NCBI GenBank assembly: GCA_963709555.1
Contig: CAVPWR010000008.1
Location: 503,573-567,572, forward strand
DNA from: an uncultured beta proteobacterium
GTDB lineage: Bacteria > Pseudomonadota > Gammaproteobacteria > Burkholderiales > Rhodocyclaceae
Direction: 5' to 3'
DNA length: 64,000 bases
Part shown: positions 18,507-29,486 of the stretch, in pieces
Position numbering within the stretch: position 1 is the stretch's first letter
How the letters are laid out: each line of letters opens with the position of its first letter
Position numbers and translations under genes: made by a program
Notes under the pieces: model-generated
Told to the model about the DNA's origin: nothing
The model's input: the letters and a program-made list of their open reading frames with translations, nothing else
Database searches by the model: none

Positions 18507-20897
18507 ATGGCACAAACCATCGGACGATTCGAGATTCGGCGCGAGTTGGGGCGCGGCGCGCAGAGCGTGGTCTATCTCGCCTGGGACCCGCAGTTGCAGC
18601 GCGAGGTGGCGATCAAGACCATGCATTTTTCGCGGGCCGACGCGCAGGCGACGCCGGCGCTGCTGGCCGAGTCACGCACGGTCAGCAAGCTGCGCCACCC
18701 CAACGTGGTGCCGATTTTCGATGCCGGCGAGCAGGGCGGCGATCCCTACCTCGTCTTCGAATACGTCGAGGGCCGCAGCCTCGACCAGGCGCTGAAGAGC
18801 GAGGGGCCGATCGAGCCCCTGCGCGCGGCCGAGCTGATGCGGCAGATCGTCGATGCGCTGGCGCAGGCGCATGCGCTGGGCATCATCCACCGCGACCTCA
18901 AGCCTTCCAACATACTGCTCGACTCGCGCGGCACGGCGCGGGTGATGGATTTCGGCATCGCCATGCGGGTCGAGGAGGCGGGCGCGCAGAGCGAGCAGGG
19001 CCTGACCGGCACGCCGGCTTACATGGCGCCGGAATACGTGGCCGACAAGGCTGTCAGCGAGCAGTCGGACATCTATGCGGCGGGCCTGATCCTGATCGAG
19101 ATGCTGACCGGCCGCCGCGTGGTGACGGGCGAGCGCCTCGAGCACGTCCTTTATCGCGTCGCCCACCAGCCGGTGGAATTGCCGGCGGGCATCGCCCAGG
19201 ACGAGCGGCTGCGCGACATCCTGGCCAAGGCGACGGCGAAGGATCGCAGCCTGCGCTTCGCCTCGGCGACGCAGTTGCGCGAGGCGCTCGAGGCCTATCT
19301 GGGGCTCGGCAGCCAGGTCGCGCTGTCGCCGGCGGAACTCGAGGCGCGCAAGCAGAGCACGCTCGAATTCCTGCTGCGGCGCATGAAGCACAAGACCGAC
19401 TTCCCGGCGCTGTCGGACTCGGTTTCGGCCATCAACAAGCTCACGCATTCGGATAAGGAGAGCATCAACAAGCTCTCCAACACCATCCTCAAGGACTACG
19501 CGCTGACCAACAAGATCCTGCGCCTGGTCAACTCGGCCTACTATCGCCAGTCCGGCGGCGGCAGCATCAGCACGGTGTCGCGGGCGGTGATCGTGCTCGG
19601 CTTCGACGTCATCCGCAACATCGCCATCACCGTCCTCCTGTTCGAGCACCTCGAGGACAAGGGCAATGTGCGCGAGTTGAAGGAAGCCTTCCTCCGTGCC
19701 AACCTCGCCGGCCTCGTGGCCCGCGATGCCAGCAGGAAGTTCCTGGCGCGGGAGGCCGAAGAGGCCTTCATCTGCTCGCTGTTCCACCGCCTCGGCCAGC
19801 TGCTGGCGCAGTACTACTTCCCCGAGGAGGTCGAGGACATCCGCAAGCTGATGCAGAAGAAGGTGGGGGAGGAGAGCGCCGCGGTGCAGGTGCTGGGCAT
19901 CACCTTCGAGGATCTCGGCATCGGCATCGCCAGGACCTGGGGTTTCCCCGCCAGCATCGTGGGCAGCATGCGCCACCTGCCCGCGGGACCGATCCGCAAG
20001 CCTGCTGGGCACGACGAAATGCTGCGCGTGGTGGCCGGCTTCTCCAACGAGCTCTGCGACATGATCGCCGACCATGCCCCCGAGCATCGGGCGAGGGAAA
20101 TCAAGGCGCTGACCGATCGCTTCGGCGCCAGCATGCAGCTCTCCGACCGCCAGCTCAAGGAGGTGGTCGAGGAGTCGGTCGAGGAACTGGCCCAGATCGC
20201 CTCCATCCTCAAGGTCAATCTCAAGCAGAGCCCCTTCACGCGCCAGGTCAGGGTGTGGACCGGCGGCGTCGAGCCGGCCGCGGAGCCGCCGGCCGCCGAT
20301 GCGGCGATCACCCAGACCCTGCTCAACGATGCACTGCCCGGGGACGAGGCCGAGGACGAGGCGGCGGCGCAGGCACTGCCGGATCACGCCGAATCGGTGC
20401 TGGCCGCCGGCATCCAGGACATCAGCAACTCGCTGGTCGAGGACTTCGCGCTCAACGACATCCTGCGCATCATCCTCGAGACCATGTACCGCGCCATGGG
20501 CTTCAAGCGCGTTCTGCTCTGCCTCAAGGACGCCCGCGCCGGACAGATGGTCGGGCGCTTCGGCTTCGGCCCGGACACGGCCGAACTGGTCAAGAATTTC
20601 CGTTTTCCCATTGCCAATACACCTGACGTGTTTCAGTTGGCGATTTCCAAGTCGCTGGACATCATCATCACCGATGTCGACGACCCCAAGATCGCCGAGC
20701 GGGTCCCCAAGTGGTTCCGCGAACGCATGACGGCCAAGACCTTCGTGCTGTTCCCGCTGTGCATCAAGGGCAATCCGCTGGCGCTCATCTATTGCGACAA
20801 GGACCGCGCCGGCTCGATCGCCATCCCCGAGAACCAGCTCAAGCTGCTGAAGACGCTGCGCAACCAGGCGCTGCTGGCGATCAAGCAGTCGATGTGA
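18507..20897 (+). CDS. Hanks-type Ser/Thr kinase fused to HDOD and GAF-like domains
   Basis: VAIK, HRDLKPSN, DFG, GTPAYMAPE; HDOD (DFPALS, ILRLVNSAYY, SRAVIVLGF); C-terminal GAF-like region. Confidence 0.92.
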   Translation: MAQTIGRFEIRRELGRGAQSVVYLAWDPQLQREVAIKTMHFSRADAQATPALLAESRTVSKLRHPNVVPIFDAGEQGGDPYLVFEYVEGRSLDQALKSEGPIEPLRAAELMRQIVDALAQAHALGIIHRDLKPSNILLDSRGTARVMDFGIAMRVEEAGAQSEQGLTGTPAYMAPEYVADKAVSEQSDIYAAGLILIEMLTGRRVVTGERLEHVLYRVAHQPVELPAGIAQDERLRDILAKATAKDRSLRFASATQLREALEAYLGLGSQVALSPAELEARKQSTLEFLLRRMKHKTDFPALSDSVSAINKLTHSDKESINKLSNTILKDYALTNKILRLVNSAYYRQSGGGSISTVSRAVIVLGFDVIRNIAITVLLFEHLEDKGNVRELKEAFLRANLAGLVARDASRKFLAREAEEAFICSLFHRLGQLLAQYYFPEEVEDIRKLMQKKVGEESAAVQVLGITFEDLGIGIARTWGFPASIVGSMRHLPAGPIRKPAGHDEMLRVVAGFSNELCDMIADHAPEHRAREIKALTDRFGASMQLSDRQLKEVVEESVEELAQIASILKVNLKQSPFTRQVRVWTGGVEPAAEPPAADAAITQTLLNDALPGDEAEDEAAAQALPDHAESVLAAGIQDISNSLVEDFALNDILRIILETMYRAMGFKRVLLCLKDARAGQMVGRFGFGPDTAELVKNFRFPIANTPDVFQLAISKSLDIIITDVDDPKIAERVPKWFRERMTAKTFVLFPLCIKGNPLALIYCDKDRAGSIAIPENQLKLLKTLRNQALLAIKQSM

Positions 20898-20956
20898 CGC
20901 GCGGGGTCGGGCGCGACGCAACCCTCGTCATATTCGAGCGCAGCGAGCCAGCCAGC

Positions 20957-20980
20957 CACCTCCCCCGCGAGGGGGAGGTG
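20957..20980. terminator. Perfect 10-bp hairpin between convergent genes (terminator or REP-like)
   Basis: CACCTCCCCC-GCGA-GGGGGAGGTG. Confidence 0.6.
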
Positions 20981-20993
20981 GAGGGGCGGGTTT

Positions 20994-21372
20994 TCAGGAT
21001 GCAACGACGGCCCGCACGGGCCGTTCGTCGATTGGCAGGTTGGCCGCCATCGCCACCAGTCCCAGCGCTATGGAAATCCACCACACCACGTCGTAGCTGC
21101 CGGGGCAGTCGAACAGCACGCCGCCGAGCCAGGCGCCGAGGAAGCTGCCGATCTGGTGGCTGAAGAAGGCGAAGCCGCCGAGCATCGACAGGTAGGCCAC
21201 GCCGAACACCTGGGCGACGATGCCGTTGGTGAGCGGCACGGTGGCGAGCCAAAGCAGGCCCATCGCGGCGGCGAAGAGGTAGGCGGAAGCCGTGGCGTGC
21301 GCCCATGGCGATGGTCATGATCAGGCCGCCGCAGATCAGGATCAGGGTCGGGGTGCGCCAGTTTCCGCTCAT
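20994..21372 (-). pseudogene. MFS transporter remnant with a large internal deletion
   Basis: N-terminal MSGNWRTPTLILICGG..GARHGF is joined out of frame to C-terminal MGLLWLATVPLTNG..FFSHQIGSFLGAWLGG. Confidence 0.8.
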
Positions 21373-21433
21373 GGCCGGATCATACCGGCCGTCGCCCGGC
21401 GCCTGACTTACGTCCCCGAGCCCCATGAGGGCA

Positions 21434-21479
21434 TTGAATTCCTGCCCGGCGGCGCGTAGTATTAACGGCTGTTATAACA
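21434..21479 (+). promoter_or_regulatory. Sigma70 promoter and palindromic operator of the AbrB-Doc locus
   Basis: TTGAAT-17-TAGTAT; perfect palindrome TGTTATAACA at 21470-21479. Confidence 0.65.
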
Positions 21480-21492
21480 AGGAGCTCGCGCC

Positions 21493-21716
21493 ATGCACAC
21501 CCTCAAACTGGTCCAGATCGGCAATTCCGTCGGTGTCATCCTGCCCAAGGAGGTGTTGGCGCGCCTCAAACTGGAGAAGGGCGAGTCGGTGTTTCTGACG
21601 GATACGCCGGATGGCGTGGCGATCACGCCGTACGACCCGGGGTCGACGACCAGATCCGCTTGGCCGCGAGTTCATGCGCGAGTGTCGCGGATACCTTCCG
21701 CGCACTGGCGAAATGA
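21493..21716 (+). pseudogene. AbrB/MazE-type antitoxin (frameshifted as sequenced)
   Basis: LKLVQIGNSVGVILPKE..L..GE; C-terminal FMRE..DTFRALAK is in shifted frames. Confidence 0.8.
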
Positions 21717-22102
21717 AGGTCTGGCGCTGGATCGACAAGCAGGCACTGCTGCTGCTGCATGACGAGAGCTGGCCATGCATGGTGGTGCCGTCGGGCATGC
21801 GCGACGAGGGGCTGCTCGATTCGGCCCTGGCGCGGCCGCTGAATCTGCTGGCGTATGGCGGCGAACCGGACTACGCCGACTTGGCGGCTGCCTACGGCGT
21901 GGGGCTGGCCAAGAACATCCCTTCGTCGACGGCAACAAGCGCGCGGCCTTTCTTTCCGTCGGTTTGTTCCTGGCGTTCAATGGTTATCGGCTTAAGGCCG
22001 GGCAAGCCGACGCTACTGCTGACCATGCTTGCCGTCGCCGCCGGCGATATCGACGAGGTGGCCTTCGCTGCCTGGATACGCAACAACGCCAAACCGCGAT
22101 GA
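21713..22102 (+). pseudogene. doc: Death-on-curing (Doc/Fic) toxin (several frameshifts as sequenced)
   Basis: G.RDEGLLDSALARP and the Fic motif HPFVDGNKR lie in different frames. Confidence 0.82.
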
Positions 22103-22677
22103 ACAAGGCCTTCGTCAAGGAAAGCGACGGCGACGAGGAGGAAGCAGACCTCCCCGGCGCGCCTGCGCTGCCGCCCGGCGCCAAGAACTACATGACCATC
22201 CGCGGCCATGCGGCGATGCGCGCCGAGTTCGAGCACCTGGTCAAGGTCGAGCGGCCCGACCTGGTCAAGGTGGTGGCCTGGGCCGCCGGCAACGGCGACC
22301 GGTCGGAGAACGGCGATTACATCTACGGCAAGAAGCGCCTGCGCGAAATCGACCGCCGTATCCGCTACCTGACCAAGCGGCTGGAAAACGCCGAGGTGGT
22401 CGAGGCGGCGGCGCAGGAAAACCTGGAAATGGTGTTTTTCGGCGCGACGGTGACGGTCTATCATGAAAGCGACGGCGAGGCGACTTACCAGATCGTCGGC
22501 ATCGACGAAGCCGATGCCGGCGAGGGGCGCATCAGCTGGATCTCGCCGCTGGCGCGGGCGTTGATGAAGGCGCGCGAAGGGGATGCGGTGCGTTTCCAGA
22601 GCCCCGTCGGTCCGCGCGTGCTCGAAGTCATCGAAATCAGTTACGCCCCGGAGGAAGTCCTCCTGGGGGACGAGTGA
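22099..22677 (+). CDS. greB: Transcription elongation factor GreB
   Basis: MNKAFVKE, WAAGNGDRSENGDYIYGKKRLREIDRR, ISWISPLARAL. Confidence 0.95.
   Translation: MNKAFVKESDGDEEEADLPGAPALPPGAKNYMTIRGHAAMRAEFEHLVKVERPDLVKVVAWAAGNGDRSENGDYIYGKKRLREIDRRIRYLTKRLENAEVVEAAAQENLEMVFFGATVTVYHESDGEATYQIVGIDEADAGEGRISWISPLARALMKAREGDAVRFQSPVGPRVLEVIEISYAPEEVLLGDE
22643..22672 (+). repeat. Family-2 27-nt repeat, in frame at the greB 3' end
   Basis: ACG-CCCCGGAGGAAGTCCTCCTGGGGG-ACG. Confidence 0.65.
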
Positions 22678-22684
22678 GAGCGAT

Positions 22685-23266
22685 ATGGAAACCTTCGTTT
22701 GGGACCAGCGTTTCGTTACCGGCATCGACATCGTCGACGAGCAGCATCGCCGCTTGGTCGACATCATCAACCGGCTCGGCGACGCCATGCTGGCAGGCGC
22801 CACGATGTCCGAGGGCAGGCTGCAGATCCTCTTCATCGAGTTGTCGGGCTATGCCCGCGAGCATTTCAGCGACGAGGAGCAGTTGATGCGCGATGCCGGC
22901 CTCGATCCGCGCCATATCGACGCCCACACCCGCCACCACCACCAGTTCGTCGAACAGCTGGCCTCGATGTGGCGCGCGCGCGGCGCCATGAAGAATCCGG
23001 CCGAGACCCTCTATGGGTTTCTCTCGGCCTGGCTGGCCTTCCATATTCTGGGCGAGGACCAGTCGATGACGCGACAGCTGGCGCTGGTGACGGCGGGTGA
23101 GTCGGCGACGACGGCCTTCGATGTCGAGTCCCAGCCGCAGGACAACAGCACGGCGGCCCTGCTCAAGGCGCTGCAGACGCTCTACCACGTCCTGGCCGAG
23201 CAGAACCGCGACCTGGCCGAGGCCAACGACCGCCTGCAGCGGGAAATCGCGGCCAATCAGGACTGA
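22685..23266 (+). CDS. Bacteriohemerythrin with a C-terminal coiled coil
   Basis: W...F.TGI..VDEQH, HFSDEE, H...H..F, WL.FHILGED di-iron ligands. Confidence 0.9.
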   Translation: METFVWDQRFVTGIDIVDEQHRRLVDIINRLGDAMLAGATMSEGRLQILFIELSGYAREHFSDEEQLMRDAGLDPRHIDAHTRHHHQFVEQLASMWRARGAMKNPAETLYGFLSAWLAFHILGEDQSMTRQLALVTAGESATTAFDVESQPQDNSTAALLKALQTLYHVLAEQNRDLAEANDRLQREIAANQD

Positions 23267-23280
23267 ATTTTCCGGAGGGG

Positions 23281-23307
23281 TTGAAAACCCTCCTGCCGAC
23301 CCCATTT
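23281..23307 (+). promoter_or_regulatory. Sigma32 (RpoH) promoter of htpG
   Basis: TTGAAA-N13-CCCCATTT matches the heat-shock consensus. Confidence 0.85.
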
Positions 23308-23336
23308 CTCCGATTCGTTTTCCCGGAGGAACCCGC

Positions 23337-25367
<2,031 letters not shown>

Positions 25368-25796
25368 TCCTCGGCTCGTTTCCGTTCTACGGCCTCGCTC
25401 GCGGCGGGGCAGTATTACGCCCACCGGCAGAACCAGTTCTGGCGCATCCTCGGCGAGGTGATCGGCCAGCCGCTCAAGGAGATGGACTACGCGGCGCGGC
25501 AAGCCGCGGTCAAGGCCGCCGGCATCGCGATCTGGGATGTCTATGCCTCCTGCGAACGCGAGGGCAGCCTCGACAGCGCGATCCGCGATGGTGCGCCCAA
25601 CGACTTCACGCCACTCGAAAAACTCGGCGCTGGCGTTACGGCGCGTCTGCTTCAACGGCGGCACCGCCGGGCGCTTCACGCGCCATCTGGCGCCACTCGG
25701 CTTCGAAACCCTGATCCTGCCCTCGACCAGCCCGGCCAACGCGAGCTGGAGCTATGAGCGCAAGCTCACCGCCTGGCGCGCAGCCTTGCGCCCATG

Positions 25797-25821
25797 AAAA
25801 AGGCAGGCCGCAGCCTGCCTT
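25797..25821. terminator. Rho-independent terminator (stronger for the minus strand)
   Basis: AAAAAGGCAGGC-CGCA-GCCTGCCTT. Confidence 0.75.
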
Positions 25822-25841
25822 GCGCGTAGCGCGACAATTGC

Positions 25842-26387
25842 TCAGGGTTTGGGGGCGGGCGCTGCTGGCGGCGCGGCGCGCGGGCAGGGCGGCGCGCCGG
25901 TGCTGCCGCAGGGACCCATGCCGCCCATACCCGGTCCCATGCCTCCCATGCCACTACTTGCGCCGCCACCCATGCCCGGACCCATGCCGCCGCCGCGGGT
26001 GCCTTGCGCGGGTGGCGGCACCGGGTTGTCCTTCAGGCAGGCCTGGCGATCGGGCCCATACTTGCCCTTGCAGGCGGCGCGCGCCGACTGGTTCGCCGCG
26101 CAGCGCGCCGGGTCGGCCGACTTGCTGCAATCCGGGGGCGGCATGTTGTCGGTCATGCAGTCCTGACGGGCGGAGCCTCGCATATCCTTGCATGCCGCCT
26201 GCGCCTTCTGCCGGTCCGCACAGTGCTGCGGGTTGCTCGCCTTGCTGCAGTCGACAGGCGCTGCCTGCGGGCCCGGAGCCATGCCCGACATGCCACCCAT
26301 GCCGCCACCTGGGCCCGGCTGGGCATGGGCGGAATACGACAAGAGCACCGCGGCAAGTCCGACAATAAGGCTGTGAGTCCTTTTCAT
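25842..26387 (-). CDS. Exported protein with two 4-Cys repeats and Met/Gly/Pro-rich arms
   Basis: Signal peptide ending SAHA; DCSK...C....A.AACK...G..RQ.C occurs twice. Confidence 0.78.
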   Translation of the reverse strand: MKRTHSLIVGLAAVLLSYSAHAQPGPGGGMGGMSGMAPGPQAAPVDCSKASNPQHCADRQKAQAACKDMRGSARQDCMTDNMPPPDCSKSADPARCAANQSARAACKGKYGPDRQACLKDNPVPPPAQGTRGGGMGPGMGGGASSGMGGMGPGMGGMGPCGSTGAPPCPRAAPPAAPAPKP

Positions 26388-26493
26388 GGTGGGTCCCCTC
26401 CGGGTTGCGACAGACTATTTCATCATAGACCATCTCCCCTCCAGCGCCAGCCTTTGCAATAAACTGTCCGTTCCTTTCCTCCGGATGCACGCC

Positions 26494-28287
26494 ATGACGA
26501 AGTCCGCCGAAGCGCCTGCCGCGAGCGATCACCGCTTGACGCTGGCCGAGATCCTGGATGCGTTGATCGCCGATGGCCTTGTTCCGCTCGCGGAGGCGGA
26601 AAAGTTCAAGGCCGATCGCCGTTATTTCAAGGGCGATGTGCATCCGCTGATCGTGATCGCCGAGCGGCGCTGGAAATCGCCCGAGCCGCCGAACCGGCTG
26701 CTCGACCTCGAGGCCCTGACGCAGTGGCTGGCCAGGTGGTGCGGGCTCGAATACCGGCACATCGATCCGCTCAAGATCAATTTCGCCGCGGTCACCGATG
26801 TGATGAGCAATGCCTATGCCGCGCGCTTTCGCATCCTGCCGGTCGATGTCAAGCCGCATGAGGTGGTGATCGCCACCGCCGAGCCGTTCCAGCGCGGGTG
26901 GGAGGCGGAACTGGCGCCCATCCTGCGCAAGGACATCCGTCGCGTCATCAGCAACCCGGAGGATATCGGCCGCTACCAGGTCGAGTTCTACAACCTGGCG
27001 AAGTTCGTGAAGGGTGCGCTCGGGCGCGGCGACACCTCGGCCGGCGTCTCCAATTTCGAGCAGCTGGTCGAGCTGGGCAAGACCAACAAGCAGTTCGACG
27101 CCAATGACCAGCACATCGTCCATATCGTCGACTGGCTGTGGCAGTACGCATTCCAGCAGCGCGCCTCGGACATCCACATCGAACCGCGGCGCGAGCTCGG
27201 CATCGTGCGTTTCCGCGTGGATGGCGTCCTGCACCAGGTGCACCAGATGCCGATGACGGTGTTCCAGGCCATGACCAGCCGCATCAAGATCCTCGGACGC
27301 ATGGACGTGGTGGAGAAGCGACGGCCGCAGGACGGCCGCATCAAGACGCGTACGCCCGACGGCATGGAGATCGAGCTGCGGCTGTCGACGCTGCCGACGG
27401 CCTTCGGCGAGAAACTGGTGATGCGCATCTTCGATCCCGAAGTGCTGGTGCGCGATTTGTCCGAACTCGGCTTCGGCGACGAGGATGCGAAGCGCTGGCG
27501 CGAGATGACACAGCGACCCAACGGCATCATCCTCGTCACCGGACCAACCGGTTCCGGCAAGACCACGACGCTCTACTCGACGCTCAAGGCGCTGGCCACG
27601 CCCGAGGTCAATGTCTGCACCCTCGAGGACCCGATCGAGATGATCGAGCCGGCCTTCAACCAGGTGCAGGTGCAGTCCGAAATCGGCATGGGCTTCGCCG
27701 AAGGCATCCGCGCCCTGATGCGGCAGGATCCGGACATCATCATGATCGGCGAGATCCGCGACCTCGAAACCGCCGACATGGCGATCCAGGCCGCGCTGAC
27801 CGGACACCTGGTGCTGTCGACGCTGCATACCAACGATACCGCAGCGGCCATCACGCGCCTGCTCGACCTCGGCGTTCCTCCCTACCTGCTGCAGGCCACT
27901 CTGGTCGGGGTGATGGCACAGCGGCTGGTGCGCACGCTGTGTCCCAAGTGCAAGGCCGCGGCCGGCATGCGCGCCGAGGACGAGGCGCAATGGCAAGCCT
28001 TGGTGGCGCCGTGGAAGTCGAACCTGCCGAGCATGCTCAATCGGCCCGTCGGCTGCCTCGACTGTCGCATGACCGGCTTTTCCGGCCGGCTTGGCCTCTA
28101 TGAAATTCTGTCGATGTCGACGGAGTGCAAGAAACTGCTGTCGGCTGAAACGGATGTCGAGCGCCTGCGCGAGCAGGCTATCCGCGAAGGTATGCAGCCG
28201 CTGCGCATTTCCGGTGCGCGCAAGGTCGCGGCAGGGCTGACGACGATCGAGGAGATTCTGAAGGTCGCACCGCCGCAGGTGTTCTGA
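26494..28287 (+). CDS. GspE/PilB family secretion ATPase
   Basis: RASDIHIEP, RRPQDGRI, GPTGSGKTTT, TLEDPIE, MRQDPDIIMIGEIRD, CxxC-CxxC. Confidence 0.93.
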   Translation: MTKSAEAPAASDHRLTLAEILDALIADGLVPLAEAEKFKADRRYFKGDVHPLIVIAERRWKSPEPPNRLLDLEALTQWLARWCGLEYRHIDPLKINFAAVTDVMSNAYAARFRILPVDVKPHEVVIATAEPFQRGWEAELAPILRKDIRRVISNPEDIGRYQVEFYNLAKFVKGALGRGDTSAGVSNFEQLVELGKTNKQFDANDQHIVHIVDWLWQYAFQQRASDIHIEPRRELGIVRFRVDGVLHQVHQMPMTVFQAMTSRIKILGRMDVVEKRRPQDGRIKTRTPDGMEIELRLSTLPTAFGEKLVMRIFDPEVLVRDLSELGFGDEDAKRWREMTQRPNGIILVTGPTGSGKTTTLYSTLKALATPEVNVCTLEDPIEMIEPAFNQVQVQSEIGMGFAEGIRALMRQDPDIIMIGEIRDLETADMAIQAALTGHLVLSTLHTNDTAAAITRLLDLGVPPYLLQATLVGVMAQRLVRTLCPKCKAAAGMRAEDEAQWQALVAPWKSNLPSMLNRPVGCLDCRMTGFSGRLGLYEILSMSTECKKLLSAETDVERLREQAIREGMQPLRISGARKVAAGLTTIEEILKVAPPQVF

Positions 28288-28323
28288 GAGCCGGCAGGCG
28301 AACGCTGCGTTCGTGTTCCCGCT

Positions 28324-29064
28324 TCAGAGCAGGTAGCCGGTATTGACCTTGCCGTAGAAGGGCGGCCAGCGGCCGACCAGGTTTTCCAGCATGATCAGCT
28401 CGGCGTCGGTGTGGTTGATCACCGGCGCCGTGACCATCATGCTCGGCATTTTCATGTCGTCGTGGATGTAGAGCGGGTGGTCGTGGTGGGTGGTGATCAC
28501 CGTCTCCGACTGCTGCGGGGCCGCCTTGGGGATCACCCTGGCCTCGCCGTAGCAGAGGCAGAAGTAGGTGGGTGCCGTGGCGCCAGCGCCGTCCCCGGGG
28601 ATACCGCTACGCATAATTTTTTCCGGCTGTTCGATGTAACACGCGGTGCCGCGGATGCCGATGGTGGCGGTGGCGACGGCGATGTTGCGGTTCCCCCTGC
28701 CGAAGACCGAGAGGATCTTGCCACTGACGACGCGCATGAAATTCGCGATGTCGGCGCCGAAGCTCACCGTGCTCGATTCGCGCTGGAGGAAGGCATCCTG
28801 GCCGATGACATAGAGCGCCTCGGCACCGGCGCCGGTGGTGACGCTGTCGCCGGGCTTGATCAGCAGGCCCTCGCGCGCGGGCTGGCCGTTGACCGTGACG
28901 GCACCCTTGATCCGGTGCAGACCCGGCGGCACCGGGTTGTTGCCATTGGCGAGCGCGGCGCGGATCAGTCCGATGCGCTCGGCCGCGGTGAGCAGCCCGG
29001 CAGCGGCGAGTGCGCCGAGCAGTTGACGACGGTGCGGGGAAGCAGGGAAGCGTGCTGAACTCAT
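28324..29064 (-). CDS. Tat-exported FecR-like domain protein
   Basis: RRQLL twin-arginine signal; ATIGIRGTACY; YFCLCYG; HHDHP; INHTDAEL. Confidence 0.72.
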   Translation of the reverse strand: MSSARFPASPHRRQLLGALAAAGLLTAAERIGLIRAALANGNNPVPPGLHRIKGAVTVNGQPAREGLLIKPGDSVTTGAGAEALYVIGQDAFLQRESSTVSFGADIANFMRVVSGKILSVFGRGNRNIAVATATIGIRGTACYIEQPEKIMRSGIPGDGAGATAPTYFCLCYGEARVIPKAAPQQSETVITTHHDHPLYIHDDMKMPSMMVTAPVINHTDAELIMLENLVGRWPPFYGKVNTGYLL

Positions 29065-29486
29065 AGCTTTCTCCTGATGCACTCCAGGTAGGCGGCACCA
29101 TCAGGCGGGGTGCGGTCGCGGCCGGCGCGCCAGAGGGTTTCGCCGAGGCAGTCGAGAATATCATGCAGCGCGGCGTGACGCTCACCGTGCCGCGCCAGCC
29201 GACTTTCGAAGGCGCTGCGGATGCCCGGCGGCTGGTCGATCGACAACTGCTCCTCGATCGCCAGGTGCAGCGACAGATGCAGGAAGGGATTGGTATCGCC
29301 GTCCTCCGGCGCCCACTCGCGCGCCAGCGCTTCCTCGCCGGATTCGAGCAGGGCGTGGTATTCGGGATGCACGGCCACGATGTCGGCGGCCATCACCTCG
29401 AGCGGCGTGGCCGGCAGCTTGTCGCGCCGCTTCCGCCAGGCCTCGGCGAGGAAGCTGCGTGCCTGGTCACGACTCGGATTGAACAT
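29061..29486 (-). CDS. DUF1841 family protein
   Basis: MFNPSRDQARSF, HPEYH, TNPFLHLSLHLAIEEQLSIDQPPG. Confidence 0.9.
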   Translation of the reverse strand: MFNPSRDQARSFLAEAWRKRRDKLPATPLEVMAADIVAVHPEYHALLESGEEALAREWAPEDGDTNPFLHLSLHLAIEEQLSIDQPPGIRSAFESRLARHGERHAALHDILDCLGETLWRAGRDRTPPDGAAYLECIRRKL

